From NCBI GenBank assembly GCA_965219455.1, contig OZ244744.1, positions 3,584,001 to 3,648,000 on the forward strand: DNA of 64,000 nucleotides, written 5' to 3'. The notes below the pieces were generated by a model. The model had not been told where the DNA came from. It did no database searches and worked only from the letters and a program-made list of their open reading frames with translations. A program made the translations under genes and the position numbers. Source of the stretch: Candidatus Latescibacterota bacterium (GTDB lineage Bacteria; Latescibacterota; UBA2968; GCA-2709665). Positions 49,714 through 59,166 of this stretch are shown here, piece by piece. How positions within the stretch are numbered: position 1 is the stretch's first letter; every line of letters begins with the position of its first letter.

Positions 49714-51099
49714 TCAGGTCCCTGTATCCTGTCTTTTCCATAGAGATCTGGCCGTTTCTTCCAGGAAAAAGTCTCGGTAGCCGTCAGGCGCCCCCAGGAT
49801 ATTTCCCTCTTCGTCTATTTCGAGTGAGTGAATATGTACGTCCAGGTCGCCGCGTTCAAAGTACAGGATGGAAACATCCTCAGGATTCAATGGTGTCTTG
49901 CCGTCTCGGACGTCCATCCGCACCCGGTCGAGCAGGTGGTCGCTATGCATCTCGACTATCAATTGCCGATCCGGCGCGGCGACCTGACAGAATAAGCTTC
50001 CAACAGCCGCCTGGGCACTGGGATGGAGATGCACCTCCGGTTGCTGTAACAGGAACATGGACGGTCCATTGGGGCGTAACAACTCGGTTATTATGGGCAG
50101 CACCTGGCTGACGCCATAGCCTGCGTCAATCAGGTTACGCTTCGGACCCTTCAGTCGGCCACTGTATTTCCTGACCTGCACCTGAAAAGGCTCACTGTCC
50201 CTTCTTCCAAGCGGTTTAATGGAAATTTCATCGAAGAGACCGGAGGCTTGCCCGACGCTTTCCAATTTTTCTTTCAGTCTCGTCCAGTTGCGCTTGTCCC
50301 GGAAGTACAGACCGGCGAGATACATGGGAACGTATTCGCCCTCGGAATCCGGTGACCAGCGAGCAGGATCATAGGTTCTGCGCGGCCTGGAGCGGACCGG
50401 CGCACCGGCGTATGGCCGCCGTCCGAGATAATTCAGGCTTCCCCGTCTGTGTGTCTCGACAAGTCGATCAATTCGCTCCCAATCCCTGTCGTCAGGCGGC
50501 TCAGAGCGTTGAAATATAGTAGTCTCTGGCCCGCTTTCTCGAACTTCAGTCATCTTCCGGCGCTGTGAATGGTAATCAAACAGAAAATTCGGGTTGAGTT
50601 CGCCGTTATAGAGGTTTGTGAAGGCATCGAAAGAACTCCGCGCCCCGGTCGAGGTTCCGTAGAGGGCGTGCCAGGACTGGTCTTCGAGACGCAACTCGCA
50701 CCAAACGTCCTCATTGGAAAGCCGTATTTTAACCGGATTGGGCACAGTCCCCATTTTACCGAAAACCACGTCGAATTCGTAAGGTTGGCCGTTGGCGCCT
50801 GCGGGTCGTCGTTTCCCGATGGCATTCGGGACGACTTTGAACCCCGCTTCGAAGGTGTCCGCCTGGGCGCCCCTGCCTCCCCGGTAGTGGGCGATCTCGT
50901 CGAAACTGCCCAGATCGTATGGTTCTTCTTTGAAATCCGGCGCCCGTTGCCCGTAGGCGACGTCCCACAGTGCCCGAATCATCGCCATGAAAGAAGTCTT
51001 GCCCGTGCTATTGTCGCCAACAAGCAGCGTCAGCGGCGCAAGGCGGGCGGTCTGCTTTTCACGGAAGCAGCGGAAGTTCCCGAGCGTAATCTGTTCCAT
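49714..51099 (-). CDS. ABC-type (AAA_15/AAA_21) ATPase with DUF3696-like C-terminus
   Basis: LGNFRCF, Walker A GDNSTGKT, signature GYGVSQVLP, LLQQPEVHLHP, IVEMHSD, P.GYRDFF. Confidence 0.87.
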   Translation of the reverse strand: MEQITLGNFRCFREKQTARLAPLTLLVGDNSTGKTSFMAMIRALWDVAYGQRAPDFKEEPYDLGSFDEIAHYRGGRGAQADTFEAGFKVVPNAIGKRRPAGANGQPYEFDVVFGKMGTVPNPVKIRLSNEDVWCELRLEDQSWHALYGTSTGARSSFDAFTNLYNGELNPNFLFDYHSQRRKMTEVRESGPETTIFQRSEPPDDRDWERIDRLVETHRRGSLNYLGRRPYAGAPVRSRPRRTYDPARWSPDSEGEYVPMYLAGLYFRDKRNWTRLKEKLESVGQASGLFDEISIKPLGRRDSEPFQVQVRKYSGRLKGPKRNLIDAGYGVSQVLPIITELLRPNGPSMFLLQQPEVHLHPSAQAAVGSLFCQVAAPDRQLIVEMHSDHLLDRVRMDVRDGKTPLNPEDVSILYFERGDLDVHIHSLEIDEEGNILGAPDGYRDFFLEETARSLWKRQDTGT

Positions 51100-51199
51100 A
51101 GATTGGGCACCTCGTTCGGCTATGTAGAATGAAGACCGACATGGACTGCTTGAACACTCTCAGGATGTCGCGCTCGATCATCAGGTATTACGTCGAGTC

Positions 51200-51272
51200 G
51201 CGGTGGACGCTTTCTCAGCACCTCCACCCACGCTGGTGAAAGGTTCATGTCAAGCAGCAGCAACGGGTTTAT
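51200..51272 (-). pseudogene. DUF5615 (PIN-like) toxin N-terminal remnant
   Basis: LLLDMNLSPAWVEVL immediately after DUF433; start codon appears as ATA. Confidence 0.65.
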
Positions 51273-51499
51273 GATGGGGGGAGAGGGACTTCCCGTTCCG
51301 TCAGCCTCCACGCGGCGTAGGCCAGGGATTGGTCGATGTCCTCTTGTTCAAGGTAGGGATATGCTCTGAGGATTTGGTCACGCGAGCGTCCGGCCGCCAG
51401 CAGTCCAACGACGGTACCAACCGTGACGCGCAGACCACGAATGCAGGCCTTGCCACCCATGACGAAGGGATCGATGGTGATCCTTTCGAACGACTTCAT
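51269..51499 (-). CDS. DUF433 domain antitoxin
   Basis: RITIDP.VMGGKACIRGLRVTV...IL..YPYLE.EDI...LAYAA. Confidence 0.9.
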   Translation of the reverse strand: MKSFERITIDPFVMGGKACIRGLRVTVGTVVGLLAAGRSRDQILRAYPYLEQEDIDQSLAYAAWRLTEREVPLPPS

Positions 51500-51517
51500 G
51501 ATCTACCCCGATTGACG

Positions 51518-51808
51518 TCAGACATTGATCATCTCCCGCTCTATATAGGGACGCATCTCCTTCCGCAACGCTTTGTCCGTTACCAGATCAACCGGACGCC
51601 CGAGCAGGTCTTCGATGTAAAACTGAACGCCGAAATACCGCTTTGAAGTCGCGGGCGAGTCGAAACTTACCAGGACGTCCACGTCGCTGCTGCCGGTGGC
51701 TTGGTTGCGGACGATTGACCCGAACAGGGCGAGGTCCACAACGCCAAAGCGTTCCGCAAGGATCGCCTTGTGCGCTCGAAGCAGCTTGAGGGTTTCATCT
51801 CTGTTCAT
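51518..51808 (-). CDS. Minimal nucleotidyltransferase (MNT)
   Basis: FGV..LALFGS.VR.QA...SDVDVLV.F...LLGRPVDLVT. Confidence 0.9.
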   Translation of the reverse strand: MNRDETLKLLRAHKAILAERFGVVDLALFGSIVRNQATGSSDVDVLVSFDSPATSKRYFGVQFYIEDLLGRPVDLVTDKALRKEMRPYIEREMINV

Positions 51809-52122
51809 GAATCGGGTCCTTCCTGATCATATCCGAGCAAACACACCGGGAAAACGTGGCATCAAGGTTAAAGTTAAATATCTGTCTAACAACCGTCAAT
51901 GCTTTATGTGTCGATGAGCGCCAGAGAGCGGGTAGCGTCAATGCACATTCCGACTTCCGCAAACGCTGCCCACGCCGCCATTTCCCCTTGCTTAAGTTAG
52001 GAATTAGGGATATTTTAACTTTTCCCCAACGTGGGTCAACGAAAGTACCGGAATTCGGGGCGAATTGACCACCGGATCCTGTGGAATGGGTGTTCAGAAT
52101 TAGACAGGGTAGGAGTAACAGG

Positions 52123-52542
52123 ATGGCTCAGCGATGGAGGGATTGGCTAGCCTAGGCGAAGCACGATTTGCAGCAGGCCGCCGCATCACGGAATGACGGG
52201 CGTCACGACTGGGCTTGCTTCGCGGCGCACCAAGCCTCCGAGAAGGCAGTGAAAGCGCTCCACGTTCTTACAGGAAAGAGGGCAAGGGGCCACGTTGTCG
52301 CCCGCCTCCTGTCGGAACTCCCGGAAGCGCCGCCGGAACATTTAGTCGAAAAAAGGCGGGTGCTCGACAACTATTACGTACCTACACGCTGCCCAAACTG
52401 GCATCCGGAAGGGCCGGCCTACGAACACTACGGACCGCTGCAAAGCGATCAGGGACTGCAATATGCCGGTGACATCCTCCAGTTCGTCGGAGCAAGTAAA
52501 GATCCCGATCCCCATGTCTCCTACAAGCACGATCACTTTTGA
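52123..52542 (+). pseudogene. HEPN domain protein with in-frame TAG at 52153-52155
   Basis: MAQRWRDWLA*AKHDL...WACFAAHQASEKAVKAL...GH.V..LL...LDNYYVPTRCPN. Confidence 0.82.
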
Positions 52543-53341
52543 TCCTTGGATCGTAACACACAGAAGTGGCAGCCTGAAATCCGGCTGCCGTTTCTCTTTC
52601 GGTTTCTCCTGGCGTGGATCTGGAGAGCTATTCCGCGGGCGGCAAACCGTCGAAATTCTACCCGCGCCGCTCACCATCAACATCGGACGTCAAAGACCAC
52701 GCGTCCCCAGTTGTCACGAGAAGCAGCAAAGGAAGCTGTCAGCTCTCAGCATTCAGCTTGAACCAAAAACACAAACCGTTGACGTCAGCGCCGCGAAGCA
52801 GGACCGGAAGGGGCGCAACGATGGCAAGATGCCCTCGATCCCAGGGGTCGTCAGAGTCAGTGATCAGCGGCAGAACCGTAAATCCGTGCGGCTGTCCTTA
52901 CCGGTGTATCTCCTTGCCGCCCGGTTGAGGTGTGGGGGGTTTTTCCGTGTTAATCCGTATATCACCGCGGGCCGGGTACTGCAGAAGGGATCGTAGGGCG
53001 CCCAAGTCCCATTTGTGCCATTGAGGTGGTTCACGGAAAAACCGGCCCCGTGCCGAACGGCGCCGTTCTTTTTGGTCCTTTTTCTTGGGCGTACAAGAAA
53101 AAGGACGAAGAGAAAATGAAAGTTGGTGGGAGAGGTTAAGCTCTTGTCCTACCGGAGGTTAGTTCCAAAGGATGTTTGTCCGCCGGCAGGCGACCTGTCA
53201 GGACGCTATGGGCAAAACGCAGGAGGACCAGCCTGTCCTTCCGTTCCGCTTGCGGCGTCTGAGCGGCGCCGTTCTTCAAAAGGCAGGAAGACGTGAGACG
53301 GCAGGACGGGCGAGGTAAGCAAAAAGGGCAATGAAACGGAA

Positions 53342-54559
53342 ATGAGGCAATTTATGCCCAAACAAAAACAGGTAAGGATCGGAATTGTGGGACTGGGGCC
53401 GCGCGGGAGGCTATCGTGGATGAAGAACCTGCTGCGGATAAAGACGTGCCGCGTGACGGCGCTCTGCGACAGAGTCGAGGCCCTGGTGGGGCAGGCGTAT
53501 CGAGAGGCCGGCGATCCGGACATCGCGTGCTACACGGACTATGAAGAGATGCTGGCGAAGGCGGACGTCGACGCCGTGGCCATCGTGACCGCGCCGCACG
53601 ATCAGCCGGATCTGATCTGCCGGGCGATGGAGGCGGGCAAACATGCGACGTGCGAGGTGTCGCTGACGTACAATATGGAGGATTTGTGGCGGGTCGTGGT
53701 GGCGGTGGAGCGCAGCGGGCTGAAGTTCCAGATGGCCGAGCAGGTGATGTACCACGCATTTGTAAATGCATGGCGGAAACTGGTTGTGAAGGGTAAACTC
53801 GGTCATGTCATCTTTGCCGAGGGACAGTATCTTCATGGCATGACGCCGGACCGGTTCTGGGTGGATTCCGAGACGGGCGAGCGGATCCATCTGGACGAAG
53901 CCCCCACTCATCCGAGAGCCATGAAGAGCAGGATGTGGAACTGGTATCCCCACCCGATCCTCTACATGGCAACCGACCTGGGCCCCATCCTGACGGTTCT
54001 GGAGGACCGGGTGACGCGGGTGACATGCATGGGGACGCGGCCCCACAGCTACTATTACGAAGGGATTCCCGCGTCGGATATCCAGGTGGCGTTGATGCAC
54101 ACGGAAAAGGATACGATTATCCGGATGGCGGCCGGTTTTACGTATGCGACAACCCCCCGTGATCACCACTGGTGGCACCTGGAGGGGACCACAGGGAAGG
54201 TGGAGACCGCCCGGTCCGCGGAGATCTACGGCGGATCTCGGGGCGTGGATACGCCGAAGATGTGGCTGGAGAGTTCCGGAGAAGAGGATATGCGGGCGAT
54301 GGAATGGACCTATTCCCCGGACGAACTTCCCGAGGAGGCCCGGGGAAGCGGGCATGGAAATATGGACTATTTTGCGTTGTCGTCTTTTCTGGACGCGATC
54401 CTGAATGATTCGGATCCACCCTTGAACGTATACCGGTCGGCGGAACTGACGGCGCCGGCCATCGTTGCCGTTCAGTCTGTGGAGCAGGGAAGCGCGTGTC
54501 TGAACGTTCCGGATTTCAGACCCTCGGAGAAGCGAAAGGCCGGTGCATTACCAGAATGA
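53342..54559 (+). CDS. Gfo/Idh/MocA family oxidoreductase
   Basis: RIGIVGLGPRG, ALCD, DVDAVAI, AGKHATCEV, GHGNMDY. Confidence 0.92.
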   Translation: MRQFMPKQKQVRIGIVGLGPRGRLSWMKNLLRIKTCRVTALCDRVEALVGQAYREAGDPDIACYTDYEEMLAKADVDAVAIVTAPHDQPDLICRAMEAGKHATCEVSLTYNMEDLWRVVVAVERSGLKFQMAEQVMYHAFVNAWRKLVVKGKLGHVIFAEGQYLHGMTPDRFWVDSETGERIHLDEAPTHPRAMKSRMWNWYPHPILYMATDLGPILTVLEDRVTRVTCMGTRPHSYYYEGIPASDIQVALMHTEKDTIIRMAAGFTYATTPRDHHWWHLEGTTGKVETARSAEIYGGSRGVDTPKMWLESSGEEDMRAMEWTYSPDELPEEARGSGHGNMDYFALSSFLDAILNDSDPPLNVYRSAELTAPAIVAVQSVEQGSACLNVPDFRPSEKRKAGALPE

Positions 54560-54664
54560 ACCCGCACCGGGTCTGCCCGCGTGGGAGCGGAGGCGGAGTT
54601 CGGACCGATAGCGCCCGTAACTTTCAGGATACGGAAATAAAAACCCCCAACAGGAGGCGTTACG

Positions 54665-55600
54665 ATGGCATCAGGTTTTCTGGATCGCCTGAAGGACGGG
54701 CCGGTGCTTGGCGACGGCGGCTACTACCTTGAGCTTGAACGGCGATGTCTGGGCAGTTTCGCCAAAGGCGTCCCCTGGGCCGTACTGGATCACCCCGAGG
54801 GTCTGCTCGAATTGCACCGGGAATTCGCGCTTGCCGGCGCCGAAGTGCTGCAGGCCATGGCCTGGGGCGTGGGCAAGTTGGATCGGGATGAGGAACTCCA
54901 CCGTACGGCCGTCGAGCTTGCGAGGCAGGCTGCCGGCCCACACCGGTTTGTGGCGGGTACGCTCAGCCCCTTCGGCATCGGAAAGTACCAGAGGCGATCG
55001 CCAATTACCGTTAAGGAAAGGCGCGAGGCGCAGGCGTTTTTCGAGCGGCGGGTGGGACAGCAGATCGCGGCGGGTGTGGACCTGTTCATCGTAGAGACGT
55101 TTTATTCCGTAGAGGAGGCTTCGCTGGGGCTGCCCTACATAAAGAGCGCCGGTGTGCCCGCCGTGGTGACGCTTGAGTACAAATCGGGCGAGTATACCGC
55201 CGACCGGTATCTGCCGGACGAGGCCGTGAAACGGCTCGTGGACCACGGCGCCGACGTGGTGGGCGTGAATTGTGGCCGGCCGTGGTATATGTACCGGGAT
55301 ATTCTTCGCAAGATGATGGGTGCGGTGTCCGCGCCCATATGCGCTCAACCCCTGGCGTACGTGCTGGAAAACGGCGCGGAGTATACGCGGGAGATCGCCT
55401 CGGGCTCGAGCGTTCATTTCGAACTCCGGCACCAACCCCGGCGTGAGATGGCCGACTACGCGCGGGACGCCTGGGATATGGGCGTCGATTTCATCGGGGC
55501 CTGCTGCGGGGCCCTGCCGTACCACATTCGAGCGATGGCCGAGGCGATCGGGAAACCGACGTCAATGCCGGATCAGCCCGGTCCGTATCAGCTTCTGTAA
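54665..55600 (+). CDS. Homocysteine S-methyltransferase family protein
   Basis: VLGDGG...ELE, LHREFALAGAEV, DLFIVETF, VGVNC, IGACCG..PYHIRAMA. Confidence 0.9.
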   Translation: MASGFLDRLKDGPVLGDGGYYLELERRCLGSFAKGVPWAVLDHPEGLLELHREFALAGAEVLQAMAWGVGKLDRDEELHRTAVELARQAAGPHRFVAGTLSPFGIGKYQRRSPITVKERREAQAFFERRVGQQIAAGVDLFIVETFYSVEEASLGLPYIKSAGVPAVVTLEYKSGEYTADRYLPDEAVKRLVDHGADVVGVNCGRPWYMYRDILRKMMGAVSAPICAQPLAYVLENGAEYTREIASGSSVHFELRHQPRREMADYARDAWDMGVDFIGACCGALPYHIRAMAEAIGKPTSMPDQPGPYQLL

Positions 55601-55606
55601 CGGCGG

Positions 55607-55812
55607 GGAGACGTAAGACGTGAGAGGTGAGATGAAGTGAGTGCCTAAAGAACGGGTAGACGTAAGACGTGAGAGATTGCCTGCCGTGTGCGTCTTCATT
55701 TCTTTCCGGAGGCATAAAGGAAGAACCAACCAGGCAAGGACGTCTTCTACCGTCTCCCCTCTACCCTCTTACCGCTTTCAGGTGTTTCATCTACCGTCTA
55801 CCGTCTCACCTC
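55607..55812. repeat. Inverted heptamer tracts (GACGTRA / CCGTCTA-like)
   Basis: GAGACGTAAGACGTGAGAGGTGAG ... CCGTCTACCGTCTCACC in the intergenic region. Confidence 0.6.
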
Positions 55813-55894
55813 TCCCCACATCAAGGGAATAAGGGAGGTTTGGTGGTCGGTTAATTCAACATTGAGTATCGTAACTATGGAGGAGAAACGAGAT

Positions 55895-56809
55895 ATGGCG
55901 CGGAATCTGATGGAGATGTTGAACGAGGGGATCGTCCTGGGTGACGGGGGGATGTTCCTGGAGGCGAACTGGAGAGGTTACGATGTGCCCGGCATCATCG
56001 GCTCCCACCCGGATGTGCTTCAGCAGATCCACCGGGACTTCTACAATTCGGGTGCCGAGGTGCTCCAGGCGCTGACGTGGTTTACCTCGGGTGCTCAGCT
56101 GGAGGAGAAATACGGATGGGGAGACCGCGTGGACGAGATCAACAGGACCGGGATTCGGGCGGCCAAGGAGGGATCGGACTGGGAGACGCCGGTAGGCGGC
56201 TGTCTCGTATCCACGATGACCGGTTCCCGTCTGGGAGACCAGGTTTACAATCCGGAGGATCCTTCGTCGGGCGCACGCGCGCAGGCCGAATGGGAAGAAC
56301 AGATCGCAATTCTCGTCGACGCCGGCGCCGACTTCCTGATCCCGGAGACGTTCTCCCGTCTGGACGAGATGCGGCTGTGCGTGGAAAGCTGTAAGAAAAC
56401 CGGCCTGCCGACGATGGCGCTCGTGGGCATCGGCAGCAATAAGGCGACACGGGACGGCGCCACCGCGGCGGAGTGCGCCCGCGCCCTCGTGGACGACGGC
56501 GCGGACATCGTGGGGACCGTCTGTATCGGGGACCCGGAACAGATGCTGCCGACGGCGCTCGAGATGCGGGAAGCGGTGGATGTACCGATCGCCTGCCAGC
56601 CGAAGGGATTCAGGCAGATGGAGGATACCGAAAACGTCGGCTATGCCGTCCGCCGGCATCGCAATGGCGTCACCCCCGACGATATGGCGGCGTTCGCGCT
56701 GAAGGCCAGGGCGGAAGGGATCAACTTCGTGGGTTGCTGTTGCGGCGCCGGTCCGTCCCACGTCCGTGCGATGGCCGAGGCGCTCGGGAAGCCGGTGCGA
56801 ACCACATAA
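55895..56809 (+). CDS. Homocysteine S-methyltransferase family protein
   Basis: GGAGG RBS; VLGDGG, IHRDFYNSGAEV, DFLIPETF, VGTVC, VGCCCG.GPSHVRAMA. Confidence 0.9.
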   Translation: MARNLMEMLNEGIVLGDGGMFLEANWRGYDVPGIIGSHPDVLQQIHRDFYNSGAEVLQALTWFTSGAQLEEKYGWGDRVDEINRTGIRAAKEGSDWETPVGGCLVSTMTGSRLGDQVYNPEDPSSGARAQAEWEEQIAILVDAGADFLIPETFSRLDEMRLCVESCKKTGLPTMALVGIGSNKATRDGATAAECARALVDDGADIVGTVCIGDPEQMLPTALEMREAVDVPIACQPKGFRQMEDTENVGYAVRRHRNGVTPDDMAAFALKARAEGINFVGCCCGAGPSHVRAMAEALGKPVRTT

Positions 56810-56844
56810 AGCGCAGGATCGGGAACATGACTTCAGAGGATCCC

Positions 56845-57972
56845 ATGAGCCAGAGCAGTCCAGGAGAGTTCCGCGTTGTCGCATTCGAGGTCCAGGATTT
56901 CGCCGGTGACTACACGTGCCACGATTACGGTGATCCGCATGCTCCCAGAATTGCGCGCCTCAGGGAAGCGTACGGGCTGGAAGGCGTCGTATCGGGCTGC
57001 GAGACGGAATTCGAGGGGTTTCTGGCCCTGAAGCGATGGGTCCGCAGCCAATGGGACCACGGGCTCTGGTACAACCGCCCCGAGGTTGACGACGGCCTGG
57101 GGATTCTGGAGGCCGTGAGCAGGGGAGAGCGGTTCTTCTGCGGTTCCTACGCCCGGCTCTTCGTGGATTCGGCAACCGCGTTGGGCTGGCCTGCGCGGAG
57201 GGTGGCGGTCTCCATCGAGGATTGCGAGGCGCCGCGTGACTACAGTATGTGGAACGTGGGACACGCGGTTGCGGAGGTCTGGTCCAACGAACACCGGAAG
57301 TGGGTGATGATGGACCCGGACATCAACGTCCACTACGAGCGGGACGGGTTGCCGTTGAACGCGCTGGAAATCCGGGAGGCGTGGCTGGACGGGACCGCGG
57401 ATGAGGTCGCAATGGTGCAGGATCAGCCGGAATTCGTCATTCCCGACGCCACGCACGTCCGGCTCGCGCTCCGGGACCCCACCTGCCGGAAGGATTATGA
57501 CGCGGAGGTAAACGCCCAGTTGTTCGCGAGGTTCCTGCGAAACAGGGTGATGGATTATTATGCCCGGGTTCGGGTACTGACGGATCGCCAGACCCGGGAA
57601 TGGGTGGACCGCAGATGCCTGCCGACGTTCGTGAGCAATTTCAGACCGCTTGGCCCCATTCAATGGACCTCCAGTCTCCCGGATGTGTACTGGACCGTGA
57701 ATCTGGTGCGCATGTCCACCCGGCCTTCATGGGACGAGAAGGGAGCCAGCCTGGCGGTAACGCTTTCACACTGCATGCCGTTTTTCGATCACTACGAAAT
57801 CCGCGTTGACGACGGGGCCTGGCAGCGGTGCGGGGAGCGTTTCGACTGGCCGATGCGGGAGGGGGTCCAGTCGTTGGCATGCAGGGGCGTGAATTCGATG
57901 AAACGCACAGGGGTTCCCAGCCGGATCGAGGTGGCGTACGCCCGGCCGCCTGGGGGAACCGGGTATTACTGA
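56845..57972 (+). CDS. Transglutaminase-like domain protein
   Basis: FFCGSYA (Cys), GHAVAEVWS (His), KWVMMDPD (Asp); start 56845 (GAGGA RBS) or 56827. Confidence 0.82.
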   Translation: MSQSSPGEFRVVAFEVQDFAGDYTCHDYGDPHAPRIARLREAYGLEGVVSGCETEFEGFLALKRWVRSQWDHGLWYNRPEVDDGLGILEAVSRGERFFCGSYARLFVDSATALGWPARRVAVSIEDCEAPRDYSMWNVGHAVAEVWSNEHRKWVMMDPDINVHYERDGLPLNALEIREAWLDGTADEVAMVQDQPEFVIPDATHVRLALRDPTCRKDYDAEVNAQLFARFLRNRVMDYYARVRVLTDRQTREWVDRRCLPTFVSNFRPLGPIQWTSSLPDVYWTVNLVRMSTRPSWDEKGASLAVTLSHCMPFFDHYEIRVDDGAWQRCGERFDWPMREGVQSLACRGVNSMKRTGVPSRIEVAYARPPGGTGYY

Positions 57973-58026
57973 TTACATTAATGACGCGCGTGCATGTCGT
58001 CAATGCGCCTACCGGGGAGAATCGGG

Positions 58027-59151
58027 ATGATTTCAATCGCGGCTGATTTCGAATGCGGAAACGCGAAACATATCCGGCAGATCGCAATCGACCGGTTTAG
58101 GCTGGAGGTGGTCGGGGACAAGGCCACGTACTGTTACTACTTCTGCTTTGACGTCCGGAACGACGGACCCGCATCGGTAGTGACCGTTGAAGTGTGGCCG
58201 GACTCGCGATTTGGTCCGGAGGGATTCGTGGCCAGCCTGCCCACCACGGTGTGGGTCGCGTGCGAGGGTCGATTCAAGCCGCTCGACCGTGAACGGGTGC
58301 GGAACTCGGAGGAACCGCTGCTGATCCGCCTGAATCTGAAGGCGAACGAGACGATTCGGGTCACGAACGCGTGGCCCGCGCCCTACAGCGATACGCAGGA
58401 CACGATCCGAAGGCTGGCGGATGAACGCGGGGACCGGTGCGAGACTTTCACCGTCGGCGCCTCGGTGCACGGCCGGGACATCACCGGCATCCGGGCCGGC
58501 GCGCCCGGTAAGCCCAGGATTCTGTGCGCGGCCGGCCAGCACGCGGTCGAATTCTCGGGCACGTGGGGCATGCTGGGCGTCGCGGATTTCATCACCTCCC
58601 TCGTGCCGGATGCCGTCGCTCTTAGAGAACAGATTCAGGTGGAGGTGCTGCCGGCGGTGAATCCCGATGGAAACGTGATGGGCAAAAACGCGTTCAACGC
58701 CGAGGGATTGGACATGTACCGGGCATTCGGCGAAGACCCGGAAGCGGCGGCGCCCGAAGCCCGCGAGAGTCGCCTGCTGTGGGACAGGCTCGTTAAGGAC
58801 CGGCCGGCGCTATGGATGAATATCCATGCCTTCGTGGGCTGGAGAGAAAACGGAGAATACCCTTTCGACGGATGGTACGAGGTGGTCGATCCCGTCTTCC
58901 GGGATCCCGATCGCGCTCGGCTGTACCAGGCGCTCTGCGATACGATGCGCCTGGAGACCGACGGCTTGTCCACCCACGGCAAGGCCAACGTACATCGTGA
59001 CAATACAATGTGCTATCAGATGGCCCGCAGGCTTGGCATTCCCAGCGTATTCTACGAGACAAACGTCGCCACGGCGGGTCCGCACGGTTCCGCCAGGCGT
59101 GCGATCCACGTGTTCAAACGGGCGGTCCATACCCTGCTGAGTTACCGGTGA
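58027..59151 (+). CDS. M14 family zinc carboxypeptidase
   Basis: ADFECGN, G.SVHGRDI, AGQHAVE (HxxE), PAVNPDG, NIH, FYE. Confidence 0.88.
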   Translation: MISIAADFECGNAKHIRQIAIDRFRLEVVGDKATYCYYFCFDVRNDGPASVVTVEVWPDSRFGPEGFVASLPTTVWVACEGRFKPLDRERVRNSEEPLLIRLNLKANETIRVTNAWPAPYSDTQDTIRRLADERGDRCETFTVGASVHGRDITGIRAGAPGKPRILCAAGQHAVEFSGTWGMLGVADFITSLVPDAVALREQIQVEVLPAVNPDGNVMGKNAFNAEGLDMYRAFGEDPEAAAPEARESRLLWDRLVKDRPALWMNIHAFVGWRENGEYPFDGWYEVVDPVFRDPDRARLYQALCDTMRLETDGLSTHGKANVHRDNTMCYQMARRLGIPSVFYETNVATAGPHGSARRAIHVFKRAVHTLLSYR

Positions 59152-59166
59152 GGCGGGCAATGCGGA

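Noticed and set aside
29579-52155. Stop-codon reassignment or Sec/Pyl readthrough
   Set aside because: All three stop types interrupt different decayed genes, and all three also terminate intact genes; point mutation is simpler.
56473-56826. N-terminal extension of the transglutaminase-like ORF
   Set aside because: Overlaps the methyltransferase gene in another frame and is Arg/Gly-rich shadow sequence.
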